DNA of 64,000 nt from Candidatus Eiseniibacteriota bacterium (GTDB taxonomy: Bacteria; Eisenbacteria; RBG-16-71-46). Location: contig JBGAML010000005.1 in assembly GCA_044223005.1 (NCBI GenBank), positions 160,001 to 224,000 on the forward strand, read 5' to 3'. The notes below the pieces were generated by a model, which saw only the letters and a list, made by a program, of their open reading frames with translations, was not told the origin of the DNA and made no database searches. Both the position numbers and the translations under genes were made by a program. Shown here one piece after another: positions 10,198-19,706 of this stretch (within the stretch, counting starts at the first letter, position 1; each line of letters starts with the position of its first letter).

Positions 10198-10799
10198 GGC
10201 GGCGGCCCTCCCTTTCCGTCCGCGCCCGCGGACGTCGCGAGCGCTCGGCGGATGGCCGCCTTGAAGTCGTCGAGCGCCACCGGCGTCTCGGGCGCCGCGG
10301 CGCGGGCGAGACGGAGCGTGCCCGCTTCGCGCAGGGTGAGGCCGGCGAGGTCGCGGCGCACCACGTCGCGGCCGTTCGCGCCGCGCTCGATGTCGTACTT
10401 GCCCTGCGCGAGGCCGTTCACCTGCGCGCGGCCGCGCGCGTCACGCCAGAGGAACAGCACCGACCGCTGCCCGACCCGGAACACCGGGCTGCCTTCCACC
10501 TCGAGATGCATGCCGTCGACGTCGCCACCCAGCTGCGTGAGCGTGATCGTGGCGGGCCCGGCACCCTTGAGTGTCTCGGCGACGCGGACGGTCACGTCGG
10601 TGACGATGCGCGTGCGCGCGTCGTTCCAGTGCGAGCGCGTGCCGGCGACTTCGCCGATCACGATGTCGCTCGAACCGCGCGCGAGCGTCGGGGTATCCTG
10701 GCCGACGACCTGCGTCGCACGAGCGGGGACGGCGAACGAGACGAGCAGGACGAGGAGCGCGGAAAGCGCGCGCGGGCACTGCGGCGGGTGGGCGAGCAT
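10194..10799 (-). CDS. Secreted protein resembling the N-terminal pro-/OB-fold-like domain often fused to bacterial matrixins
   Basis: ATG 10799, signal peptide ending PARA; motifs SDIVIGEV, TDVTVRVAETLKG, QLGG..G..LEVEGSPVFRVGQRSVLFL; stop overlaps the giant gene start (ATGA). Confidence 0.7.
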   Translation of the reverse strand: MLAHPPQCPRALSALLVLLVSFAVPARATQVVGQDTPTLARGSSDIVIGEVAGTRSHWNDARTRIVTDVTVRVAETLKGAGPATITLTQLGGDVDGMHLEVEGSPVFRVGQRSVLFLWRDARGRAQVNGLAQGKYDIERGANGRDVVRRDLAGLTLREAGTLRLARAAAPETPVALDDFKAAIRRALATSAGADGKGGPPP

Positions 10800-11031
10800 G
10801 GGGAGGGTCCCGGGGTGCGCGACGGACGGACCCGGACGCGACCGACGCGACCGGAGTTGTGCACGGGGGAACACCCACCACGCGGCTGGGGCACGGGGGG
10901 GGCGCCTCTTCACAATGTAGAGGGGGCGCCGGCGGTCAAGGAAGTGAAAACACGCATTTTGGCAGCGGAAACCCGGCGGCCTGGGCCACGGATTGCTCCG
11001 CGGCCCGAAAGTCCATAGCCTGCCGCCCGCG

Positions 11032-12747
11032 ATGGCCGACGGACGGATCCTGCACTACGAGATCGTCCGGCCGCTGGGGCACGGCGGCATGGGCGAGGTG
11101 TTCGAGGCGCTCGACACGCGCCTCGGCCGCCGCGTGGCGATCAAGTTCATCTCGGAGCGGATCTCCGGCAACACCGACTCCGTGCGCCGGTTCGAGCGCG
11201 AGGCCCGTGCCGCGGCGCAGCTCTCGCACCCGCACATCGCGACCGTGCACGCGCTCGAGCATGACGGCGAGCGGCTGTTCATCGTCGCGGAACTGCTGAC
11301 GGGTGGCACGCTGCGGAGCCGCATGCCGGCTGGCGGGATGGACGTGCCGATGGCGCTCGCACTCACCCGCGACATGGCGTCGGCGCTCGCGCACGCGCAC
11401 GCGCGCGGCATCGTCCATCGCGACGTCAAGCCGGAGAACATGCTCTTCGCCGGCGACGGCGCACTCAAGCTCACGGACTTCGGCCTCGCCAAGCTCGCGA
11501 CGTCCTCGCAGCTCACCATGGTCGACACGACGGTGGGCACGGTCAGCTACCTCGCACCGGAATCGATCGGCGGCGCGGGCGACGCGCGTGCGGACGTGTT
11601 CGCGCTCGGCGTGGTGCTGTTCGAACTGCTGACGGGCCAGCTGCCGTTCCGCGCCGAGAACCCGATGGCGATGATGTACCAGATCGCCAACGCCGAGCCG
11701 GTATCGCCGAGCACGCTGCGAGCCGGTCTCGCGCCCGAGGTCTGCGCGCTCGCGCTCGCGCTGCTCGCCAAGACACCCGCGACGCGTCCCGACGCCACCG
11801 AGGCGGCGCGCCGGCTGGCGGAACTCTGCGGCACGCCGCCGGACGGATCGCCTGGGAGCGCGCCGGACGCGCTGCTGCGGACGCAGGAAATGCCGGTGCC
11901 GGGCGACACGATCGCGATCCCGTCGCCGCCGCGGCACCGGCGTTCGTCCACGCCCGCACTCGCCATCGCCGGCGGCGTGGCCGCGGCCGCGCTGGCGTTC
12001 GTCCTCTGGCGCGCGATGCATCCCGCGCCGGACGCGTCCGGAGGCGGCGTCCCCGAGTCACGCCGGATCGAAGCCCGCGCGCTCGCCGACGACGCGGCGC
12101 GGTTCCTCACCCTGGGCGAGCTCGATTCGGCGCAGGCTCGTGCCGAGGCCGCGCTGCGGCTCGATCCGCGCAGCGCGAGCGGCCGGATCAACCTCGCGCA
12201 GGTGCTGCGCGGCCGCGGCGAGGCGACGCGCGCGGCGGCGCTGCTTTCGGCGGTCACCCGCGACGCGCAGGCGAGCGCGGGCCTGCGCGCGTCGGCGTGG
12301 GAGGCGCTCGGCGACATGGCGCTCGCCGACCGCACGTGGCCGGAGGCGGTCCGCGACCTCGAGCAGAGCTTCGCGATCGACTCCAGCGAGCGCGGCTACA
12401 GCCAGCTCGGTTACGCCCTCGTCCGGGCCGCGCGGCCGGCGGATGCGCTGGTGCTGCTTCGGCGAGGGCTGGCGCGCTACCCCGGCAGCGCACCGCTGCA
12501 CAAGAATGCCGCGTACGCGCTGTTGCGCAGCGACAGCCTCGCGGCCGCGCGGGCCGAGGTGGAGCGTGCCGTGGCGCTGGATCCCGCGTTCACGCCGGCG
12601 TACGGCGTGCGGGCCCGCATCGCGGCCCGCACGGGCGACGCCCCGCGAGCGCAGCGGGACCTCGCCGCGTTCCTCGCCGGCCATCCGGACCCGGCGGACA
12701 GCGCCGAGGTCGCGGGCGACGTGGCCGGGGCGGCATCGCGGCGTTGA
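11032..12747 (+). CDS. Hanks-type Ser/Thr protein kinase with TM helix and extracytoplasmic TPR repeats
   Basis: GHGGMGEV, VAIK, HRDVKPEN, DFG, GTVSYLAPE, DVFALG; TM ALAIAGGVAAAALAFVLW; C-terminal TPRs. Confidence 0.93.
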   Translation: MADGRILHYEIVRPLGHGGMGEVFEALDTRLGRRVAIKFISERISGNTDSVRRFEREARAAAQLSHPHIATVHALEHDGERLFIVAELLTGGTLRSRMPAGGMDVPMALALTRDMASALAHAHARGIVHRDVKPENMLFAGDGALKLTDFGLAKLATSSQLTMVDTTVGTVSYLAPESIGGAGDARADVFALGVVLFELLTGQLPFRAENPMAMMYQIANAEPVSPSTLRAGLAPEVCALALALLAKTPATRPDATEAARRLAELCGTPPDGSPGSAPDALLRTQEMPVPGDTIAIPSPPRHRRSSTPALAIAGGVAAAALAFVLWRAMHPAPDASGGGVPESRRIEARALADDAARFLTLGELDSAQARAEAALRLDPRSASGRINLAQVLRGRGEATRAAALLSAVTRDAQASAGLRASAWEALGDMALADRTWPEAVRDLEQSFAIDSSERGYSQLGYALVRAARPADALVLLRRGLARYPGSAPLHKNAAYALLRSDSLAAARAEVERAVALDPAFTPAYGVRARIAARTGDAPRAQRDLAAFLAGHPDPADSAEVAGDVAGAASRR

Positions 12748-12857
12748 ACACGCGATCGGGCCTTCCCGCCGCGACGCGCGTTGACTAGAGTGCCCGCGAG
12801 GCCGCGGGGCCGGATCGTGCGCGGAGCGCGCACCGGACCTCCGCGCGAGGAGGCGTC

Positions 12858-13823
12858 ATGAAGCGGATCACGCTCGCAATGCCCGGCCTGCTGTTCGCGC
12901 TCGCGTCCTACGGCGCGTCCGGCGCGACGGCGGGATCGCCGCTGGCCATCGTCGCCTCCGTGAGGGGACCGGTCGACGTGACCGCCGCGACGGGAGGGAG
13001 CGCGTCGCGTGCCGGTTTCGGGCGCGCGCTCGGCCGCGGAGATCGCCTGAACGTCGGCGCGCACGGCCACGTCACGATCGTCTTCAACGACGGCAACGTG
13101 ATCGAACTCGGTGAGAAGAGCACGCTCACGATCGGCGGCCGCGCGGCCACGGCGCCGCGCGCGGCGGGCGCCGCGCCCCTCGGCGGCGAGATCGTCGCGA
13201 GCGTCAACCGCTTCGTCGCGGGCGGCTCGCGCGAGAGCGGGCTCGTCGGCCTGACGCCCCTGCGGGCGGGAGGCGAACCGGCCGCGCTGCTCGTGACACC
13301 GCGGCGTTCGAACCTGCTCGACGACCGGCCCGCGCTGGCGTGGCGCCGCGTCGACGAAGCGGTGCGCTACCACGTGACGGTGAGCACCGAGTCGGGCGAG
13401 CTCTGGTCGCGCGACGTGAGCGACACCGCGATGACCTACCCGGCCGACGCGCCGCCGCTGCCCCGCGGCCGCGATGCCGAATGGGAAGTGCGCGCGCTCT
13501 CGGATCGCGACGAGATCCGCCGCGAGTCGGCGGTGGTGCACGTGGTCCCCGTGGATGTGGCGATGGCCGCGCGCGACGCGGTGGCCCGCATTCGCGAGGT
13601 GACGGGCGACGCGAACCCGGCGGCCCGGTTCCTCGCGGGCTCGTACGATTTCGGGCAGGGGCTCTACGAGGATTCGCGCGCCGAGTTCGAGCGGCTCGCC
13701 GAACTGGCGCCCGATTCGCCGGGCCCGCACGAGGCGCTGGGCAACGTGTACCGCGCGCAGGGACTGATGGAGCGGGCGGCGGAGGAGTACCGCAAGGCCC
13801 TGGAGCTCGGGCGCGAGCCGTAG
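12858..13823 (+). CDS. Secreted protein: FecR-like N-terminus, DUF928-like middle region, C-terminal TPR
   Basis: SD GGAGG; signal peptide; VASVRGPV..LGRGDRLNVG..VTIVFNDG; RPALAW..YHVTV..MTYPADAPPL.RG...WEVRA; TPR HEALGNVYRAQGLMERAAEEYRKA. Confidence 0.65.
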   Translation: MKRITLAMPGLLFALASYGASGATAGSPLAIVASVRGPVDVTAATGGSASRAGFGRALGRGDRLNVGAHGHVTIVFNDGNVIELGEKSTLTIGGRAATAPRAAGAAPLGGEIVASVNRFVAGGSRESGLVGLTPLRAGGEPAALLVTPRRSNLLDDRPALAWRRVDEAVRYHVTVSTESGELWSRDVSDTAMTYPADAPPLPRGRDAEWEVRALSDRDEIRRESAVVHVVPVDVAMAARDAVARIREVTGDANPAARFLAGSYDFGQGLYEDSRAEFERLAELAPDSPGPHEALGNVYRAQGLMERAAEEYRKALELGREP

Positions 13824-14116
13824 GACTCGATTCGATACTCGGCTAGTACCAGCAAACCCGGACAAGCCGTTATCACAATGGGAGTCTCGCGCCGGTCCCC
13901 GCGCGCCACCTCTCGCACTCGCGCCGCGACCCGGTTGCGATGGCGCATTTCCGCATTCGCGCGGGCGTCGTGGAACTACGATGCGCGGGCACGGTGGGGA
14001 CTCGCCCGCCCGCCTGCGACCGCACCGCACCATGCCCCGACCGTGCGCGACCCCTCGGCCTGCTTCGTCCCCCTGCAGGCTGGCCCGATGGACCGTCGCC
14101 CGAAAGGAGCGTTGCG

Positions 14117-16987
14117 ATGCAACGTCCCGCCGCAAGTCCCGCACGCCACGGCCGCCTCGCCCTCGTCGTCCGGCCACTCCTGGCGCTACTCGCCCTGACC
14201 GGACCGCCCCAGGCCGCTCACGCGCTACTCCCGAACGAGGTGGCCACGCACACGAAGCTGCTGCGCCAGCAGTGCGTCCGGCCCAAGGACTTCTGCGTCA
14301 TCAAGTCCGGGGGCACCTATCACGCCTATTCGATCAAGGTGGACACGACGGTCCCCGATGCGCTCACCGAACACATGTTCCTGCACCAGAAGTCCACGGG
14401 AAATCTCCAGGCGTGGTCGATCCAGCCGGACGACAGTCTCTGGATTCCCCCGAGGACCGGTTGGGACAAGGATCGCATCTGGGCCCCTCACATCGTGCAG
14501 CGCAACGGCGTCTACCACATGTTCTATACCGGTGTGCGCGATTCGACTCCCCAGATGCAGCGTGTCGGGGTCCGGACCGCGACCGTGCTCAATACGGCCT
14601 ATCCATCACCCTGGAACCCCAACGGCACCGACCCGACGCTTCCCATCTATTCGTGTCCCGGCACCGCGTTCGACTGCGGCAAGGGCGAACTGCGCGATCC
14701 GTTCGTGATGGCAAATCCGAATGCCAGCAACTGGATGATGCTCTACGTCGCCAAGCGGACGAACGACACGATGGGAATCGGCGTCGCCTTGTCCGCGCCC
14801 GATTCGCACCCGGACCCGTTGACCGAACCGTTCACCTACGACCACGAGCTCGTCGCAGCCTCGGCCCAGTACGGCCCGAATGCTGCCAAGATCGAATCGC
14901 CCCACTTCTTCCAGCACGGAAGCACCCGCTACGTCGCGTACACCGGCAAATGCGACTCGCCGACGTGCACGTCCCTCGACCTCGATGGAGACGAAGTGCG
15001 GGTCATGACGACCACCGATCCGACGCTGAATCCCGCCTCCTGGGTGTATCGGGGGGCGCTCAGCACGGTGACCGGGAAGAACCTGTCGCTGCTGTTCGCG
15101 CCCGAGTACGTCCGGGACCCGGACACGGGCGAGGAGTTCTTCGCCGCCGTGAGGCCGTCCGAGCAGAACACGACCGCGTGCCGGCCGAATGCCTCGACCG
15201 ACAGCTCGACCGTCGACTTCTACCGGATCGTGTGGGACGTCGACCCGGTCAACAACCCGTGGAAGTTCCGGCTCGTGGACCCGAACCCCCCGGGCGCCTG
15301 GAGCAACGTCTCGACGTTCGGACCGTCGGCGCGCGATCAGGCCGCAACGGCCCTCGACGCCGGTGGTCATCGCCTCTATGCGTTCGGCGGGCAGGATGCG
15401 ACCTCGCTGCGAAACGATGTTTGGGCCTATTCGCTGGGCAACGCCCCCACGTGGGGGAACTGGACGCCGAGTTCGGGGGCGATGCCGGTGGCCCGCCGCC
15501 ACGCGAGCGTGATCTACGACCCGGTCGGGAACCGCCTGGTGGTGTTCGGTGGGTTTTCGAGCAGTTCGATCCTCAGCACCCTGACCGACACGTGGACGTT
15601 CGGCTCGCTGTCGTCGGCATTCCCGACCTGGGCGCAGGTCACGGCGAGCGGAGCACCGTCCGGGCTGCAATCCGGAACCGAGGCCGTCTACGACCCCGTG
15701 CGGGCGCGCATGATCGTCGTCGATGGCATCGGGCGCGCCTGGGCGCTGAGCCTGCCATCCGGCGGCACGCCAGCGTGGTCCGTCCTGAACGGCAGTGGCG
15801 GCCTGGGCAATGCCGGTGGTTACTATTTCAACCTCGCCTACGATTCGAAGCGGGACCGCCTGCTCGCGTTCGGCGGCTGGCTCCCGAGCAACGCGCCCTA
15901 CAGTTTCAATGCGGTCTATGGGATGCCGCTGTCCGGGGCCGGGGCGAACAGCTGGAGCCTGGTCACGACCACGGGAGCGGCGCCGAGCGGCCGTGCCCTG
16001 GCCGCGGCGTTCTACGATCCGGGGCGTGACCGTCTCGTCGTGCAGGGTGGCCAGAACCCCGCCACGGGGAACGGATCGACCACGGGCGATTCGTGGCAGC
16101 TCGCCCTCGGGACCCTCGCGAACACCGGCACGTGGACGCAGCTGTCGTCGGCATCCACGGGGCCGGCCGCACGGTCCGGCCACACCGCGATCTACGACGC
16201 GGTGGAGGATCGCGCGGTCCTGTTCGGCGGCCTGCTCACGAACGGAACGCGAGTCGGCGATGCCTGGTCACAGGACTTCGGGGAAGGCGCTCCGTACCGC
16301 GTGACGGACTTCTCCTGGACCGTGCACTGCACGTCGCTGTCGTTCAGTTGGACCAGTCCGCGAGACGGCAAGTCGAATGCGTCGGACGAACCGGGCGATT
16401 CGCTCGTCGCCCCCGTCTTCGGTCCGGCGACGAGCTATTCGATCGTCCGATCCGCGAACCCGATCACGCAGGCCAACTGGGGCTCGGCCAGCGTGGTGAC
16501 GACCGGTCCACTCCCGGCTCCCGGCACGCTCGTCGAGGTCGACGGGGTGGGAGGGTGCACGACGCGCTACTACTACGCTGTCGCCACGGTGGACGAAGCG
16601 GGACACTGGTCGTGCATCAGCAACACGACCGCCCGCACCTCCTGCCCGGGACCGGTCAACTGCGAGGAGGCGTTCGCGCGTCCGGCGACGGAAGTGGGGC
16701 TGGTCCCGACCACGTCGCTCAAGGTGCTCGGTTCCGGCGCCTCGGGAGTGGTGACCATCCAGTATTCGCTCGGCGCGGAGACGACCGGTCGGGACTTCAG
16801 CCTCGACCTCTTCGACGTCGCCGGGCGGCGCCTTCGCACGCTGGCTTCGGGGCCGTCGGCGCCAGGACTTCGGGCGGTGACGCTCGGACTCCCGGAGACC
16901 GGCCGTGGCGCCGGGACCGGCGTGCTCTTCGTGCGGTTCCGCGTCGGAGAGACGTCGATCACGAGGTCCATCGTCGCGCGCTGGTGA
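14117..16987 (+). CDS. Secreted GH32/GH43-like five-bladed propeller + Kelch repeats + FN3-like domain + FlgD-like C-terminal domain
   Basis: SD AAGGAG before ATG 14117; PKDF, WAPHIV..YHMFYTG, LRDPFV, IESPH; Kelch motifs LYAFGG, LVVFGG, LLAFGG, AVLFGG; LFDVAGRRLRTL. Confidence 0.8.
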   Translation: MQRPAASPARHGRLALVVRPLLALLALTGPPQAAHALLPNEVATHTKLLRQQCVRPKDFCVIKSGGTYHAYSIKVDTTVPDALTEHMFLHQKSTGNLQAWSIQPDDSLWIPPRTGWDKDRIWAPHIVQRNGVYHMFYTGVRDSTPQMQRVGVRTATVLNTAYPSPWNPNGTDPTLPIYSCPGTAFDCGKGELRDPFVMANPNASNWMMLYVAKRTNDTMGIGVALSAPDSHPDPLTEPFTYDHELVAASAQYGPNAAKIESPHFFQHGSTRYVAYTGKCDSPTCTSLDLDGDEVRVMTTTDPTLNPASWVYRGALSTVTGKNLSLLFAPEYVRDPDTGEEFFAAVRPSEQNTTACRPNASTDSSTVDFYRIVWDVDPVNNPWKFRLVDPNPPGAWSNVSTFGPSARDQAATALDAGGHRLYAFGGQDATSLRNDVWAYSLGNAPTWGNWTPSSGAMPVARRHASVIYDPVGNRLVVFGGFSSSSILSTLTDTWTFGSLSSAFPTWAQVTASGAPSGLQSGTEAVYDPVRARMIVVDGIGRAWALSLPSGGTPAWSVLNGSGGLGNAGGYYFNLAYDSKRDRLLAFGGWLPSNAPYSFNAVYGMPLSGAGANSWSLVTTTGAAPSGRALAAAFYDPGRDRLVVQGGQNPATGNGSTTGDSWQLALGTLANTGTWTQLSSASTGPAARSGHTAIYDAVEDRAVLFGGLLTNGTRVGDAWSQDFGEGAPYRVTDFSWTVHCTSLSFSWTSPRDGKSNASDEPGDSLVAPVFGPATSYSIVRSANPITQANWGSASVVTTGPLPAPGTLVEVDGVGGCTTRYYYAVATVDEAGHWSCISNTTARTSCPGPVNCEEAFARPATEVGLVPTTSLKVLGSGASGVVTIQYSLGAETTGRDFSLDLFDVAGRRLRTLASGPSAPGLRAVTLGLPETGRGAGTGVLFVRFRVGETSITRSIVARW

Positions 16988-17066
16988 CCGATCGCGTCGC
17001 GATCATTGGAATTCCGGAATGAGCGCGCGGGCCCGCACCGCAGTGGTGCGGGCCCCCCGCGCGTTC

Positions 17067-17537
17067 CTACATCTTGTGGCCAGCCGGCATCTCGCACGCG
17101 CCGGTGCAGACCTTCGGCCACGCTTCGTCCGCCTTCTTCGCGACGTCGTCCGGCATGCCGTCGAATGCCTTCTTGGCCTCCGCGGTGGAGAAGAGGAACG
17201 TGCGCCCGCCGTGGACGCTGAAGTACCTCGGACTCGACTTGACCTTGTGGCCCATCGCGGCGGCGGTGGCGCAGTAGCCGTCGTAGGCGACGGTGTACTT
17301 CGCCGGCTCGGCGTCGAACATCTTCTTCGCGTCGGCGTTGGCGAAGAGGTAGCGGTGGCCGTCCACGGTGCTGGAGAAGTGCGCGTCACCCTTCACGGCC
17401 TTGCCCATGGCGACGTAGGCGACCGGGCAGTAGCCCTGCAGGGCGAGCGGAGCGGGTTTCGCGTGATCGGCCGCGAACGAAGCGGCGGGAGCGACGAGGG
17501 CGAGGGCGACGAACAACGAAGCGACGAGCCTGCGCAC
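17067..17537 (-). CDS. Secreted YHS-domain protein
   Basis: ALQGYCPVAY..G..YLFAN....F..EP.KY...YDGYCA motif; signal peptide. Confidence 0.85.
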   Translation of the reverse strand: MRRLVASLFVALALVAPAASFAADHAKPAPLALQGYCPVAYVAMGKAVKGDAHFSSTVDGHRYLFANADAKKMFDAEPAKYTVAYDGYCATAAAMGHKVKSSPRYFSVHGGRTFLFSTAEAKKAFDGMPDDVAKKADEAWPKVCTGACEMPAGHKM

Positions 17538-17619
17538 GGAACCTCCGGCGAAGAGTGGGAGCGGAGCGGCTGCGCGTCCGGGACCCGTTCGGACCCGCGA
17601 CGAGCGCTCACGATCGTGA

Positions 17620-17645
17620 GTGCACGCGAGCGGCCCGGCGTTACA
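17620..17645 (-). promoter_or_regulatory. Putative ECF sigma promoter TGTAAC-N16-GCAC upstream of the YHS gene
   Basis: Minus strand reads TGTAAC gccgggccgctcgcgt GCACTCAC, the same spacing as the copy at 19295-19320. Confidence 0.6.
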
Positions 17646-17663
17646 GCCGCACGCCGCGGCGTT

Positions 17664-18305
17664 TCAGCGGACGCGCGCGACGCGGGTGCTCGCGCGCCCG
17701 TTCGGCGTGACGAGCTCCACCACGTAGAGCCCCGCGCCGACCGCGCGCCCATGCGCGTCGCGACCGTCCCAGGCGATCGCCGTCGCTCCGCGCGACAGCG
17801 GACCCGTCGCGAGTTCGCGAACGACGCGCCCCTGCAGGTCGAGCACCCGCGCCCGTGCCGTGACGGTCGTCCCGGAGGAGGACGGACCGGGAACCGAGAG
17901 CTCGAGCCGGACTTCGTCGCGGAACGGGTTCGGGAACGCGCGCACCGCGAGCGGGATCCGGGGCACGCTCACGGGGAAGGGCCCGAAGCTCTGCAGGCCC
18001 CCGGCCGGGTCCGTCAGGTCGAACCGGTACCAGTAGGTGCGACCCGGATCGGCCTGCGCGTCGACGACGAAGCAGTCGCCCGTGCAGAGTGTCGGCTGCG
18101 AGGCGAGCGCGGCGAAGGGCCCGGCCGCGGCGGTCGACCGCGCGACCTGGAACCACGCCCCCGCGTATGAACCCTGCAGCGTCACGCGCAGGTCGCCGCC
18201 GATCACCCGCACGTCGACGCCGGGCGACTGGGCGAGGCCCGGCCGCGGCCCGATGGCCAGGGCCAGGGCGAACACCATGCACCACGCGAGTCCGTGAGCC
18301 TTCAT
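17664..18305 (-). CDS. Small secreted FlgD-Ig-like domain protein
   Basis: Signal peptide; AFPNPF, VLDLQGRVVREL, WDGRDAHG..GAGLYVV. Confidence 0.8.
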   Translation of the reverse strand: MKAHGLAWCMVFALALAIGPRPGLAQSPGVDVRVIGGDLRVTLQGSYAGAWFQVARSTAAAGPFAALASQPTLCTGDCFVVDAQADPGRTYWYRFDLTDPAGGLQSFGPFPVSVPRIPLAVRAFPNPFRDEVRLELSVPGPSSSGTTVTARARVLDLQGRVVRELATGPLSRGATAIAWDGRDAHGRAVGAGLYVVELVTPNGRASTRVARVR

Positions 18306-18329
18306 GACGACCTCCGAACGAGAGCGGAA

Positions 18330-18566
18330 TCAGTTCCGGTGCGGCGATTCCCGCCGGAACGCGGCGAGCAACTCGGCCGGCACCGGTGCGCCCGCGGGGG
18401 ACGGCTGCGCGCGCAGCGCGAGCAGCGTGAGGCGAAACTGCTCGACGTAGGTGCGACAGCCCGGGCACATCAGGAGATGCACGGCCATGGCCAGCCGGGG
18501 GAAGCCCCGGAGCCGGCGTTCGAGATACTCGCCCGCGGCGCGCGTGACCTGCTCGCAGTTCATCAT
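18330..18566 (-). CDS. zf-HC2 zinc-binding anti-sigma factor
   Basis: MNCEQV..EYLE..HLLMCPGC..Y (HxxxCxxC); coupled to the sigma gene. Confidence 0.88.
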   Translation of the reverse strand: MMNCEQVTRAAGEYLERRLRGFPRLAMAVHLLMCPGCRTYVEQFRLTLLALRAQPSPAGAPVPAELLAAFRRESPHRN

Positions 18567-19222
18567 GGCCTCGCGTTTCTCCGTCGTGCCGGGGCCTCGT
18601 CACCGACGACACCGTCCTGCAGGTAACGATCGAGGGCCTGCCGCACCCTCGAACGGCCGCGGTGGAGCAGCACCCTCTGGTGAGTGTCCTCGATCCCGAG
18701 AATGTTGCACGCTTCTTCCGAGCCCAGGCCTTCGAGGTCGCGCAGCAGGACGACGGCCCGCTGGGCGTTCGGCAGGTCCTCGACCGCCTCGCGCACGAGG
18801 TCGAGCACCTCGCGCCCGAGCATCGCCGACTCGGGATCGTCGAGCCCCCAGCGCGTGGGGGGCACCAGCCAGTGCCCGCTCGAGCTCATGCCCGGCTCGC
18901 GGGCGGCCACGCGTTCGTCGTCCCAGTCGTCCACGATGGCGAACGAGCTGGCGCGGTGGCGGTGCTCGCGGACGGCGAGGCGCCGAGCCTGATGCACGAG
19001 GATGCCGAAGATCCAGGTCCGCAGTGCCGAGCGCCCCTCGAAACCGTGCAATCCGCGAATCACGCCGAGCCAGGTCTCCTGCACGGCCTCCGCAACGACG
19101 GCGTCGTCGCGCGTGAACGAACGGGCGAGGCGGGCGAGGGGCCCACCCAACGCCTCGACGAGTTCGCGAAACGCGCGTTCGTCCCCCGCACGCAGCCGCT
19201 GCAGCAGCGCGGGTTCGTCCAT
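18563..19222 (-). CDS. ECF-family RNA polymerase sigma factor
   Basis: LRAGDERAFRELV, AVQETWL, FEGRSALRTWIFGIL, LPNAQRAVVLLRDLEG, RVLLHRGRSRVR; SD GGAGG before ATG 19222. Confidence 0.92.
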   Translation of the reverse strand: MDEPALLQRLRAGDERAFRELVEALGGPLARLARSFTRDDAVVAEAVQETWLGVIRGLHGFEGRSALRTWIFGILVHQARRLAVREHRHRASSFAIVDDWDDERVAAREPGMSSSGHWLVPPTRWGLDDPESAMLGREVLDLVREAVEDLPNAQRAVVLLRDLEGLGSEEACNILGIEDTHQRVLLHRGRSRVRQALDRYLQDGVVGDEAPARRRNARP

Positions 19223-19294
19223 TCGGCCTCCGGAAGCATTCGTTCGCGAACGGTCAAAACGAGGAGGGCCCGCGTCCGGGCCGCACCCCGCGCG

Positions 19295-19320
19295 TGTAAC
19301 ATGCCGGCGCTTCACCGCAC
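19295..19320 (+). promoter_or_regulatory. Putative ECF sigma promoter TGTAAC-N16-GCAC upstream of the CMD-arsS operon
   Basis: TGTAAC atgccggcgcttcacc GCACCTAC. Confidence 0.6.
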
Positions 19321-19373
19321 CTACGAACGAGCCCCACCGCTTGGGACATCCCCTTCCATCCGGGAGATCCGCC

Positions 19374-19706
19374 TTGGAGACCTACTACGCCCCGAAGGAC
19401 CTGGACCGCTTCGCCGAAATGGGGCGGAACAAGCCCGACCTTTGGGCCAAGTTCAACGAGTACTACTCGGCGGTGTTCGCCGAGGGCGCACTCAGCGAGC
19501 GCGAAAAGAGCCTGATCGCCCTGGCGGTCTCGCACGCGGTCCAGTGCCCGTACTGCATCGACGCCTACTCGCAGGCCTGCCTCAAGCAGGGCGCCGACCT
19601 CGACCAGATGACCGAGGCCGTGCACGTCGCCAACGCGATCCGCGGCGGCGCCTCGCTCGTGCACGGCGTGCAGATGCGGACGATCGCCGAGAAGCTGGGG
19701 ATGTGA
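19374..19706 (+). CDS. CMD/AhpD-like peroxidase-related protein of the type associated with ArsS radical SAM enzymes
   Basis: TTG start after GGGAG; ETYY.PKDL..F, GALSEREKSLIALAVSHAVQCPYCIDAY, GGASLVHGVQM. Confidence 0.88.
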   Translation: METYYAPKDLDRFAEMGRNKPDLWAKFNEYYSAVFAEGALSEREKSLIALAVSHAVQCPYCIDAYSQACLKQGADLDQMTEAVHVANAIRGGASLVHGVQMRTIAEKLGM

